14,917 nucleotides of DNA from an archaeon. Its GTDB lineage: Archaea; Iainarchaeota; Iainarchaeia; Iainarchaeales; CSSED10-239. A program made the translations under genes and the position numbers. How positions within the stretch are numbered: position 1 is the first letter of the stretch; each line of letters begins with the position of its first letter. The DNA lies in assembly GCA_037147375.1 (NCBI GenBank), contig JBAWVI010000013.1, positions 1 to 14,917 of the forward strand. Reading direction: 5' to 3'. Shown here one piece after another: positions 1-7,373 of this stretch. Below the pieces are notes generated by a model. It searched no databases. It worked only from the letters and a program-made list of their open reading frames with translations, and was not told the DNA's origin.

Positions 1-305
1 CAACCATAACACCAAATGCAACTCCAGTTCAAGCAATTACACAAACAAGTGCAAAGATTGCTTTCGATTCAAATGAATCAGGATATGCACACGTACATTA
101 TGGATTAGATGCTAACTATGGTATGATAACGCCTGATTCAGCAGTAGTTGCTGATGTAGATAAAAATATCCAATTATCAAGTCTTACATGTGGACGTGTG
201 TACCATTATATAATCTCCGCAAGAGATACATCAAATAATGAAGCAAGTACAAGTGATGCAAACTTTACAACAAGTGCTTGTACTCCTGGTGACACAACAC
301 CACCA
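1..305 (+). repeat. Intragenic long direct repeat, copy 1 (type-A module DNA)
   Basis: Hand alignment of nt 1-300 against 595-894 gives about 29 mismatches in 300 nt. The first 55 nt are identical. The offset is exactly 594 nt (198 codons). Confidence 0.9.
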
Positions 306-3014
306 GCAGTTTCAAATATTGTTGTTACTCCTGCACAAACAACAGCTTCTGTAGCATTCGATTCAAATGAAGCAGGTACTGCAAAAATTGGATATGGTTT
401 AACAGTAACTCATGGGTCAGTTACAAGTTATCAAACAATGATTTCAGGATCTAATGCAATAGTTATTACAGGTCTTACTTGTGAAACATTATACCATTAT
501 TCAGTTTATGCAAAAGATGGATCAAATAATGAAAGCGTTTCAACAGATGCAAATTTCATAACAGAAGATTGTACTCCTGAGGATACATTAGCACCAACCA
601 TAACACCAAATGCAACTCCAGTTCAAGCAATTACACAAACAAGTGCAAAAATTGCTTTCGATTCAAATGAATCAGGATATGCACATGTACATTATGGATT
701 GGATTCAAGCTATGGTATGGTAACACCAGATTCAGCAGTAGTTGCTGATGCAGATAAAAATATCCAATTATCAAGTCTTACATGTGGAAGTATATATCAC
801 TATATAATCTCTGCAACAGATGCAGCAGGTAATGAAGCAAGTACAAGTGATGCAAACTTCGAAACAGCTGGTTGTACACCTGGTGATACAACACCTCCTG
901 AATTTACAATACTTCAACCATCAACAATTCAAACTGCTGGAGATGTAAATATTGTTGTTGAAGCAACTGATGAAACAGCATTTGATACAACATATGTAAA
1001 TAATGTTGTTATTTTTACTGTTGACGATGTTAATAAAATATCAACTTTAACAACTACTGGAAGTACTGCAACAAACTTAAAGATACAACTAACAACAAGT
1101 TTAGTTGCAGGAGAATATGAAGTTGTTGTAAAAATTAAGGATAGTGCAGGAAACTTTAATCAAGAAACATTTAATATTGTTGTTGAAGCCGCAGGTGACA
1201 CAACATTACCTACAATTGATATAAACACAATTAACACAACTTCACAAACAGCAACAATTGAAGCTGATGTTAATGATAACGTAAGCGAATGGTTAGATGT
1301 TTATGCATATGTATATAACGCTGATACAAATGCTTTAATGGTTTCACCTACAAGAGCTTATAGAGCTGGAACAGATATTTCATATCTTATATCTGATCTA
1401 GACGCAAACACAGACTTTAACGTTACAATTTACGTTAAAGATGCTGCTGCAAATATAGGAAATGATTTAGGTACATTTACTACACAAATAAGTACAGATG
1501 ATGTTACAGTACCAACAGTAGATATAAATGTAACAGATATTGCATCAGATGGTGCAACAATAAATGCAATAATCGATGATGATTCAAATGGTTTATTAGA
1601 AGTTTGGTTAGAATATACTGAAGTTGGACATTCAGGTACATATGTTGAAAATCCAGTATATTTTGATTCAAATTCAAATATTTCAATGGATCTTGGTAAC
1701 TTAGATGCAAACACAGACTATAATGTTACATTAAAAGTTAAGGATGCATCTGGAAATATAGGAAGCGATTCAAATGTATTTACAACACTTGTAGATACAA
1801 CTGATGTAAATGAACCTGTTATCTCTGATGTTTCTGTTACTAAACATCAAACAACAGCTGATATAAATTTCACTTCTGATGAAGCTGGTAATGCAAAGAT
1901 TGTATATGGTTTAAGTTCAACTTACGGATCTTCTACAAGTTATCAAACAATGAGTGCAGGATCTAATGAGATTACTATTACAGGACTTACATGTAACACA
2001 GAATACCATTATTTAATTAATGCAAGAGATGCATCAAATAATGAAAGAATTACAGGTGATGCAAATTTCACAACAAGTATTTGTACTGCAAGGGTTACAC
2101 AAGCACCCGTAATTTCAAGTGTTCTTGTTATTGTAGGACAAACAACAACAGATATAAATTTCACTTCAAATGAAGCAGGTACTGCAAAGATCGGATATGG
2201 TTTAACTGCAACACATGGGTCTCTTACAAGTTATCAAACAATGATTTTAGGAACTAACAGTATAGTTCTTACAGGACTTGCATGTAATACATTATACCAT
2301 TACATAATCTATGCAAAAGATGCATCACCTAATGCAAATGAAAGCGTTTCAACAGATGCAAATTTCATAACAGGTACATGTGCAGACACAACAGTTCCTC
2401 TTGTTATTCAATCTGGTCCTTCTGGAATTGTAACAAACAATAATCCAACATTATTTGTAAAGCTTGAAGGTATTGATAATAATTCATCAACTACTTGTAA
2501 GTACAGTACTTCTGCATTTTCATTTGCAACAGAAGGTACAGTAATGACTTGGATGTCAGCAACATCAAGATTTGATGTTAATTTAACTGGATTAACAGAT
2601 GGTACTCAGACATATAATGTAATATGTAAAGATGTTACAGGAAATCAAATGACTGCATACCCAATATCCTTTAATGTGAATACAACTGGTAACTTTGACT
2701 ATACACAAGCACTAAACAAAAATTGGAATACATTATGGTTACCACCTACATTAGCTGAAGATGATAGCAATACAACAATTGGTCATGTTGTTGGTTATAC
2801 TTCATCTGATTATGGATATCTTAACCATTGGTTATCAGCAACAAGTAATTGGGAAACAATCTATCACTATGATGGAACTAACTGGCTTGTTCAATATAGA
2901 GGAGGAATCAATAACGGAATTGGAACTCTAACAGATATGAACGTAGCTTTACAAAATCCATTCTGGATTGATATGAATGTAGCAGATAGATTCCAACTTG
3001 ATTTAGTTGGTTAA
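1..3014 (+). CDS. Giant secreted/cell-surface modular repeat protein (FN3/Ig-like beta-sandwich array), 5'-truncated by the window edge
   Basis: The frame of ORF 123..3014 stays open back to nt 3. The upstream codons (TITPNATPVQAITQTSAKIAFDSNESGYAHVHYGLDANYG) reproduce the module that starts again at nt 597, so the listed ATG at 123 is internal. At least 9 tandem modules of about 95-100 aa are present. Type A occurs twice. Type B occurs three times with motif GYGL..(T)(H/Y)GS.TSYQTM..G.N.I.(I/L)TGL.C.T.YHY.I.A.D.S.NE....DANF.T..C, which resembles FN3 / purple-acid-phosphatase-N domains. One Ig-like module follows. Type D occurs twice (LDANTD[FY]NVT..VKDA.GNIG). A further module precedes a Trp-rich C-terminal domain (NWNTLWLP...YHYDGTNWL...NPFWIDM). 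The TAA stop at 3012-3014 is followed by a hairpin terminator. Confidence 0.85.
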   Translation, partial: TITPNATPVQAITQTSAKIAFDSNESGYAHVHYGLDANYGMITPDSAVVADVDKNIQLSSLTCGRVYHYIISARDTSNNEASTSDANFTTSACTPGDTTPPAVSNIVVTPAQTTASVAFDSNEAGTAKIGYGLTVTHGSVTSYQTMISGSNAIVITGLTCETLYHYSVYAKDGSNNESVSTDANFITEDCTPEDTLAPTITPNATPVQAITQTSAKIAFDSNESGYAHVHYGLDSSYGMVTPDSAVVADADKNIQLSSLTCGSIYHYIISATDAAGNEASTSDANFETAGCTPGDTTPPEFTILQPSTIQTAGDVNIVVEATDETAFDTTYVNNVVIFTVDDVNKISTLTTTGSTATNLKIQLTTSLVAGEYEVVVKIKDSAGNFNQETFNIVVEAAGDTTLPTIDINTINTTSQTATIEADVNDNVSEWLDVYAYVYNADTNALMVSPTRAYRAGTDISYLISDLDANTDFNVTIYVKDAAANIGNDLGTFTTQISTDDVTVPTVDINVTDIASDGATINAIIDDDSNGLLEVWLEYTEVGHSGTYVENPVYFDSNSNISMDLGNLDANTDYNVTLKVKDASGNIGSDSNVFTTLVDTTDVNEPVISDVSVTKHQTTADINFTSDEAGNAKIVYGLSSTYGSSTSYQTMSAGSNEITITGLTCNTEYHYLINARDASNNERITGDANFTTSICTARVTQAPVISSVLVIVGQTTTDINFTSNEAGTAKIGYGLTATHGSLTSYQTMILGTNSIVLTGLACNTLYHYIIYAKDASPNANESVSTDANFITGTCADTTVPLVIQSGPSGIVTNNNPTLFVKLEGIDNNSSTTCKYSTSAFSFATEGTVMTWMSATSRFDVNLTGLTDGTQTYNVICKDVTGNQMTAYPISFNVNTTGNFDYTQALNKNWNTLWLPPTLAEDDSNTTIGHVVGYTSSDYGYLNHWLSATSNWETIYHYDGTNWLVQYRGGINNGIGTLTDMNVALQNPFWIDMNVADRFQLDLVG
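595..899 (+). repeat. Intragenic long direct repeat, copy 2 (type-A module DNA)
   Basis: Same alignment as for copy 1. Type-B modules (306-596, 1818-2108, 2109-2399) also share long nucleotide-identical runs, for example caaatgaagcaggtactgcaaa and gaaagcgtttcaacagatgcaaatttcataacag. Confidence 0.9.
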
Positions 3015-3025
3015 AATCAAATATA

Positions 3026-3061
3026 ATGTTCACAAAAAATGTGAACATTTCTTTTATTTTT
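3026..3061 (+). terminator. Intrinsic-type terminator after the giant surface-protein gene
   Basis: A perfect 9-bp stem, atgttcaca (3026-3034) / tgtgaacat (3040-3048), encloses an A5 loop and is followed by the T-rich tract ttcttttattttt. Confidence 0.65.
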
Positions 3062-3080
3062 AAATTATGGGGTGTAATAT

Positions 3081-4421
3081 ATGAAAAAGTATTTTATAGT
3101 ATTAATTTCACTAATTTTCTTTATATCTTCTGTTTTTGCAACACCAGGCGATTGGAAGGGTATTGTAGATATTAATGGTAGTGAACCTGCAATAGGAACA
3201 GTAGTTTCTGTATATTCTGGAAGCACAAGTCTTGCAACCACAACAACTCCTACAACCGAAGCAGGTGCAATTGCTTATGATTCTAATGGATTTTATATTT
3301 TAGTTTTTGAAACTACCAATAGTGCAGCTTTAAGTTTTAGAGTTTGTGGAATAGAAGCAGAAACAAGTACTTTTAGTTCAGGCACTCATGATTTTAATAT
3401 TTCAGCTAGTTTACAAACAAGTGGAACAACAGGTTGTACTTGTTCAGGTGTTTGTTCAGGTGGTTATTGTGTAAACCCAGGAACAACAGGAGTATGTTCT
3501 TCAAATACATATTATTGTGATAGTGATGGAACATGTGAATCTACATATGGAGAAACAACTTCAAATTGTTCACATGATTGTTCATCAAGTGGCGGTGGAA
3601 GTTCAGGTAGTGGTACAGGATCTGGAACAGGTACTGGTACAGGAACTGGAACAGGCACAGGAACTGATACAAATACAGGAACTGGAACAGGTACTGGAAC
3701 TGGAACAACTACTTTAATAACTGGTGCTGAAAGAGATAACTTATTATCTCAAGCAGATATTAATAGTCTTTTCGGAGCAGGCGTAATAGAAGCTAACTTA
3801 ACTGTTAATTCTTTATATTCAGAAACAAATGTATTAACTTCTGAAGAAGTAAATACATTAACAGAAAATCTTAGTCCAGAATATCAGAATCTTGTTAATG
3901 GCTTAATAGCAAGTCATTCAAATGAAAATGTTCAAGTTACAACTCACTTACAATCTTATGTAGTTACAGATACTTTAACTGGAGTTTCACAAATTGTAAG
4001 TAGAATATCAATAACAATTACTGCTTTAGATGATCTTGGACAAGTTACATATATTGAAGAAATTCCAAAAACAATAGCAGCAAATATAGCTGAACTTACA
4101 TTTAATATCCCTCCAACACAGATATTGAATGCAGATCCTGTAGTATTATTTACTTTTAATAACCTTGCAAGAGGAGAAACAAGAGAAATAACATACATGG
4201 TTAATAAAAACGTACAGACCTTACAAAATAACAACTATTTTGCAGCTGGTACACTTGTAGTTACAACACCAGGCACAACACCACCAATAACAGATACACC
4301 ACCAACTACTCCACCAAAGAGTAATATGTGGTTATATGTTGTAGTAATACTTTTAGTTATTTTGTTAGTAGCTGGTTCAATCCTATATTTAAACAAAAAG
4401 AAACAACCAAAAGGATTATAA
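3081..4421 (+). CDS. Membrane-anchored surface protein: signal peptide, Cys-rich module, (Gly-Thr)n linker, Pro/Thr stalk, C-terminal TM anchor
   Basis: The ATG has GGGGTG (3069-3074) 6 nt upstream. The signal peptide is MKKYFIVLISLIFFISSVFA. The Cys-rich block reads CTCSGVCSGGYC..GVCSSNTYYCDSDGTCE...NCSHDC. A GSGTGSGT(GT)n run follows, then the stalk TTPGTTPPITDTPPTTPP. The TM helix MWLYVVVILLVILLVAGSILYL is followed by the basic tail NKKKQPKGL. Confidence 0.85.
   Translation: MKKYFIVLISLIFFISSVFATPGDWKGIVDINGSEPAIGTVVSVYSGSTSLATTTTPTTEAGAIAYDSNGFYILVFETTNSAALSFRVCGIEAETSTFSSGTHDFNISASLQTSGTTGCTCSGVCSGGYCVNPGTTGVCSSNTYYCDSDGTCESTYGETTSNCSHDCSSSGGGSSGSGTGSGTGTGTGTGTGTGTDTNTGTGTGTGTGTTTLITGAERDNLLSQADINSLFGAGVIEANLTVNSLYSETNVLTSEEVNTLTENLSPEYQNLVNGLIASHSNENVQVTTHLQSYVVTDTLTGVSQIVSRISITITALDDLGQVTYIEEIPKTIAANIAELTFNIPPTQILNADPVVLFTFNNLARGETREITYMVNKNVQTLQNNNYFAAGTLVVTTPGTTPPITDTPPTTPPKSNMWLYVVVILLVILLVAGSILYLNKKKQPKGL
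3606..3713 (+). repeat. Imperfect hexanucleotide (ggw-acw)n microsatellite encoding a (Gly-Thr/Ser)n linker
   Basis: Codon by codon the region reads ggt agt ggt aca gga tct gga aca ggt act ggt aca gga act gga aca ggc aca gga act gat aca aat aca gga act gga aca ggt act gga act gga aca act act. Confidence 0.9.
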
Positions 4422-4466
4422 AAGAAGATCTTAATCATATCTTCTTTTTCTTTTTTTATTTTTTTC
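4421..4466 (+). terminator. Intrinsic-type terminator after the anchored surface-protein gene
   Basis: A 9-bp stem, aaagaagat (4421-4429) / atcttcttt (4439-4447), is followed by a long T tract (ttc tttttttatttttttc). Confidence 0.6.
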
Positions 4467-4521
4467 TAATCTTCCTTGGACGTAAGTTTCTGTAATATTA
4501 TTAAATTACTTGATTATTTTG

Positions 4522-4554
4522 GACATTAAAGTATTATACTCGTTACTCCAAAAT
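4522..4554 (+). repeat. Direct repeat DR1, left copy (33 bp perfect; about 48 bp imperfect from about 4507)
   Basis: gacattaaagtattatactcgttactccaaaat is identical to 6157-6189. The upstream flanks are also related (tacttgattattttg versus tcacttgttaatttca). Confidence 0.95.
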
Positions 4555-4563
4555 AACACTATT

Positions 4564-4571
4564 TTTAAATA
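4564..4571 (+). promoter_or_regulatory. Candidate archaeal-type TATA box (TTTAAATA) for the ATPase gene
   Basis: The box centre lies about 24-25 nt upstream of ATG 4592. No Shine-Dalgarno motif lies between, which fits a leaderless transcript. The call holds only if the host is archaeal. Confidence 0.45.
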
Positions 4572-4591
4572 TATCTTACTATGTTATATGT

Positions 4592-6130
4592 ATGATAGCA
4601 GATAAAAAATTTGTTAATAGAGAGAAGGAATTACAGTTCCTAAATAAACTATATAAAAATAATAAATCAGATTTATTTATACTTTATGGAAGAAGGAGAA
4701 TAGGTAAAACCCAATTAACTTTAGAATTTTTAAAAAATAAGAAAGGCACATATTATATGTGTAGTGAGGAAGGGGATTTAATAAATATTAAAAGCTTTCA
4801 AAAGGAATTATCAAAAAATATTGATAATGAATTTAATACTTTAAAAATAGATAATTGGTATGATTTGTTTTCCATATTTTTTAAGTTATATACTAAAAAA
4901 GAAAAATTAATAATAATTATTGACGAGTTTCCTTATTTGATTAAAAAAAACCCAGCAATTCCATCTATTTTTCAAAAATTATGGGATGAATTATTAATTA
5001 ATAAAAATATATTTTTAATTTTAACTGGGTCATCAGTCTCAATTATGGAAAAAAAAGTATTAAATGTTAAAAGTCCATTATATGGGAGAAGAACTGCACA
5101 ATGGGATTTAGGACCAATTCCATTTAAGCACATTTCTTCTTTTTTACCAAATCACAATTTAATTGATTTGTATAAAATATATTTTGTTTTTGGTGGTATT
5201 CCTGCCTATTTACAAAAATTAAACAAAGGGATAAGTAAGATAAATGGGATACCCATTTCTGAAAAAAGTAAGATAAATGGGATACCAATTTCTAACAAAA
5301 GTAAAATAAATGGGATTTCTATATTTGGGGACTCATTTGAAACGAGTGTAATTGAACAAATATTTACTAAGGGTAATTTTTTAAATCAAGAAGGTAATCT
5401 TCTTTTAAATTATGAATTTTCAGAAACAACAAATTATAAACTTATTTTAAGTGCAATCTCACAAGGTAATTTAAAACAAAAAGAAATAGTTGATTTCACA
5501 CATCTTGATTATTCATTAGTTTCTAAATATTTATCTGTTTTGAAAAATATATCTATAATAACAGAAGAAATCCCAGTAACTGAAAGTAAAAGATTTAAAG
5601 GTAGATTATATAAAATAAAAGATAATTATTTACAATTTTGGTTTAGATATTTATTTTCTGATTTATCATATGTTGAATCACATGAACCAGAAGAAATATA
5701 TAATTTTTATAAAACGGATATGGATGCTTATTTTGGATATAAATTTGAAGATCTAATTAAAGAATTATTTACAAATTATGAATTACCCACCAAAAATAAA
5801 TATAATTTGTTTGGTAGAGTTTGGGGTAAAATGCCATTAAAATATATTGTTGCTAATAATAAGTCAACATATGAGATTGATATTGTTGGTATTGATAGTA
5901 TTACAAAAAAGAACATTCTTTTTTGTGAAGTTAAATGGAAAGATAATGTAGATGCAAGTATAATTGCAAAAGATCTTATTTTAAAATCTAAATATATTAA
6001 ATGGGGAATAGATAATAGATCTGAAGAATTTATTATTATTGCAAAAAGCTATTCTAATAAAATAAGCCAAGTTGATGATGTTAAATTTACTTGTTTTGAT
6101 TTAAAAGATATTAATACTTTTCTTAAATAA
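4592..6130 (+). CDS. AAA-type ATPase of the Arch_ATPase (PF01637-like) family with a DUF234-like PD-(D/E)xK nuclease-fold C-terminus
   Basis: Walker A is LYGRRRIGKTQL (GRRRIGKT = 4688-4711). Walker B is LIIIIDEFPYL. LILTGS and GGIPAYL motifs are present. The C-terminal YEIDIVGID...LFCEVKWK matches the D...E.K core. The gene contains an in-frame 33-nt tandem repeat. Confidence 0.8.
   Translation: MIADKKFVNREKELQFLNKLYKNNKSDLFILYGRRRIGKTQLTLEFLKNKKGTYYMCSEEGDLINIKSFQKELSKNIDNEFNTLKIDNWYDLFSIFFKLYTKKEKLIIIIDEFPYLIKKNPAIPSIFQKLWDELLINKNIFLILTGSSVSIMEKKVLNVKSPLYGRRTAQWDLGPIPFKHISSFLPNHNLIDLYKIYFVFGGIPAYLQKLNKGISKINGIPISEKSKINGIPISNKSKINGISIFGDSFETSVIEQIFTKGNFLNQEGNLLLNYEFSETTNYKLILSAISQGNLKQKEIVDFTHLDYSLVSKYLSVLKNISIITEEIPVTESKRFKGRLYKIKDNYLQFWFRYLFSDLSYVESHEPEEIYNFYKTDMDAYFGYKFEDLIKELFTNYELPTKNKYNLFGRVWGKMPLKYIVANNKSTYEIDIVGIDSITKKNILFCEVKWKDNVDASIIAKDLILKSKYIKWGIDNRSEEFIIIAKSYSNKISQVDDVKFTCFDLKDINTFLK
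5234..5326 (+). repeat. In-frame 33-nt tandem repeat, about 2.8 copies (SKINGIPISEK / SKINGIPISNK / SKINGISIF)
   Basis: The units are agtaagataaatgggatacccatttctgaaaaa (5234-5266), agtaagataaatgggataccaatttctaacaaa (5267-5299) and agtaaaataaatgggatttctatattt (5300-). Confidence 0.95.
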
Positions 6131-6156
6131 TATCTTTTAATCACTTGTTAATTTCA

Positions 6157-6189
6157 GACATTAAAGTATTATACTCGTTACTCCAAAAT
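6157..6189 (+). repeat. Direct repeat DR1, right copy
   Basis: Identical 33-mer to 4522-4554. It lies 27 nt after the ATPase stop codon. Confidence 0.95.
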
Positions 6190-6227
6190 CTAGTTGATTT
6201 TAAGATTTAGATTTGTGACAACCAGTT

Positions 6228-6245
6228 TAATTATGCTTGGCCAGG
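6228..6245 (+). promoter_or_regulatory. GC-rich shared motif DR2, copy 1 (taattATGCTTGGCCAgg)
   Basis: 16 of 18 positions, including an exact 11-mer atgcttggcca, recur at 7356-7373. It stands out as a GC-rich island in AT-rich spacer, about 60-70 nt upstream of the next gene start. Confidence 0.6.
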
Positions 6246-6258
6246 AGCCTAGGAAAGC

Positions 6259-6266
6259 TTTAAATA
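6259..6266 (+). promoter_or_regulatory. Candidate TATA box (TTTAAATA) for the RhuM-family gene
   Basis: It is preceded by the purine-rich ggaaagc (BRE-like). The expected TSS is near 6288-6292, and GGTG at 6294-6297 lies 6 nt before ATG 6304. Confidence 0.4.
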
Positions 6267-6303
6267 CAGATTTTAAGACATTATTTATAGATTGGTGGAT
6301 TTT

Positions 6304-7332
6304 ATGGATAATAAATTAACTATAAGAAATAGCACAACTGAATTTTTAATATTTACTTCTCAAGCTGGAGAAGATGGTATTGAAGTTAAATTCGAAGATG
6401 AAAATGTTTGGTTAAGTCAAAAGATGATGTCCAAATTATTTGATGTTCAAATAAATACAATCAATGAACATCTAAAACATATTTTTTTTTCAAATGAATT
6501 AGATGAAATTTCAACTATTCGGAATTTCCGAATAGTTCAAAAAGAGGGTAATAGGAATATAACTAGAAAAATTGATTTTTATAATCTAGATGCAATAATC
6601 TCTGTAGGATACAGAATAAATTCCCAAAAGGCAACTAGATTTAGAATCTGGGCTACAAAAATCCTAAAAGAATTTGCAATAAAAGGATATGTTCTTGATT
6701 CTGAAAGATTAAAGAATGGTACTTTCCTAAATAGAAAATATTTTGATGATTTATTATTAGAGATTAGAGAAATTAGAGCTAGTGAAAGACAATTCTATCA
6801 AAAGATAACAGATATTTATTCAACCTCAATTGATTATAATAAAGATGATGAATTAACAAGAGAGTTTTTCTCAGTAGTTCAAAATAAATTGCATTTTGCA
6901 GTTCATGGAAATACTGCTGCAGAACTAATTATGACTAGAGCAAATAAAGAAAAAGATCATATGGGTTTAACAACTTGGAAGAAATCACCCAATGGGAAAA
7001 TAATAAAAAGTGATGTTAGTATTGCTAAGAATTATTTAAATAAGAAAGAAATTGAATCATTAAATAGAATTGTAACAATGTATCTTGATTATGCAGAAGA
7101 TCAAGCAAAAAGAGGTGTGCCAGTAACTATGAGTGATTGGTCAAAAAAGCTTAATGCATTTTTAAAATTTAATGATAGAGATATTTTGAATAGCCCTGGC
7201 AAAGTAACAAATGAGATTGCAAAACATTTTGCAGAAAATGAATTTGAAAAATATAGACTAGTTCAAGATAAACTTTTTGAATCAGATTTTGATAAAGAAA
7301 CAAAAAAACTATTATCAACCAAAAAGAAATAA
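6304..7332 (+). CDS. rhuM: RhuM-family protein (Virulence_RhuM-like)
   Basis: The core FYNLDAIISVGYRINSQKATRFRIWATKILKEFAIKGYVLDSERLK and the N-terminal ..VWLSQKMMSKLFDV..NTINEHLKHIF are characteristic of the RhuM family. The ORF track starts at TTG 6292. I prefer ATG 6304 because GGTG lies 6 nt upstream, the same pattern seen at other genes here. Confidence 0.8.
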   Translation: MDNKLTIRNSTTEFLIFTSQAGEDGIEVKFEDENVWLSQKMMSKLFDVQINTINEHLKHIFFSNELDEISTIRNFRIVQKEGNRNITRKIDFYNLDAIISVGYRINSQKATRFRIWATKILKEFAIKGYVLDSERLKNGTFLNRKYFDDLLLEIREIRASERQFYQKITDIYSTSIDYNKDDELTREFFSVVQNKLHFAVHGNTAAELIMTRANKEKDHMGLTTWKKSPNGKIIKSDVSIAKNYLNKKEIESLNRIVTMYLDYAEDQAKRGVPVTMSDWSKKLNAFLKFNDRDILNSPGKVTNEIAKHFAENEFEKYRLVQDKLFESDFDKETKKLLSTKKK

Positions 7333-7355
7333 TTTTTTTCTATGTAGTTTATATC

Positions 7356-7373
7356 TAATGATGCTTGGCCACG
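7356..7373 (+). promoter_or_regulatory. GC-rich shared motif DR2, copy 2 (taatgATGCTTGGCCAcg)
   Basis: See 6228-6245. It lies 24 nt after the RhuM stop and 57 nt before ATG 7430. It is followed by a tccc-GAAA-ggga hairpin (7379-7390) and the palindrome ggatatatatcc (7388-7399). Confidence 0.6.

Noticed and set aside
1430-1714. Antisense ORFs 1430-1714 and 1504-1710 (- strand) inside the giant surface-protein gene
   Set aside because: They are fully nested antisense to a strongly supported repeat-domain CDS. They have low-complexity, Leu/His-rich or odd composition and no start context. They are typical shadow ORFs of AT-rich coding DNA.
3517-3717. ORF 3517-3717 (+), alternative frame across the (Gly-Thr)n tract
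   Set aside because: It is an out-of-frame reading of the hexanucleotide repeat (QVLELEQ... periodicity), an artefact of the microsatellite. The frame of 3081-4421 has a signal peptide, domain logic and a TM anchor.
3956-4438. Antisense ORFs 3956-4234 and 4235-4438 (- strand)
   Set aside because: They are nested antisense to the anchored surface-protein gene and run through its terminator hairpin. They have no RBS or TATA support.
5234-5326. Considered whether the 33-nt tandem repeat or DR1 could be a CRISPR array
   Set aside because: The units are directly adjacent with no spacers, lie in frame within a CDS, and number only about 2.8. DR1 has only two copies, 1.6 kb apart. No cas genes are present.
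6292-6303. Non-ATG starts proposed by the ORF track (TTG 6292, TTG 10838, GTG 12016, GTG 13170)
   Set aside because: In each case an in-frame ATG lies 6-18 nt downstream with better context: GGTG 5-9 nt upstream, or a TATA box about 26 nt upstream. The longer versions cannot be excluded without N-terminal data.
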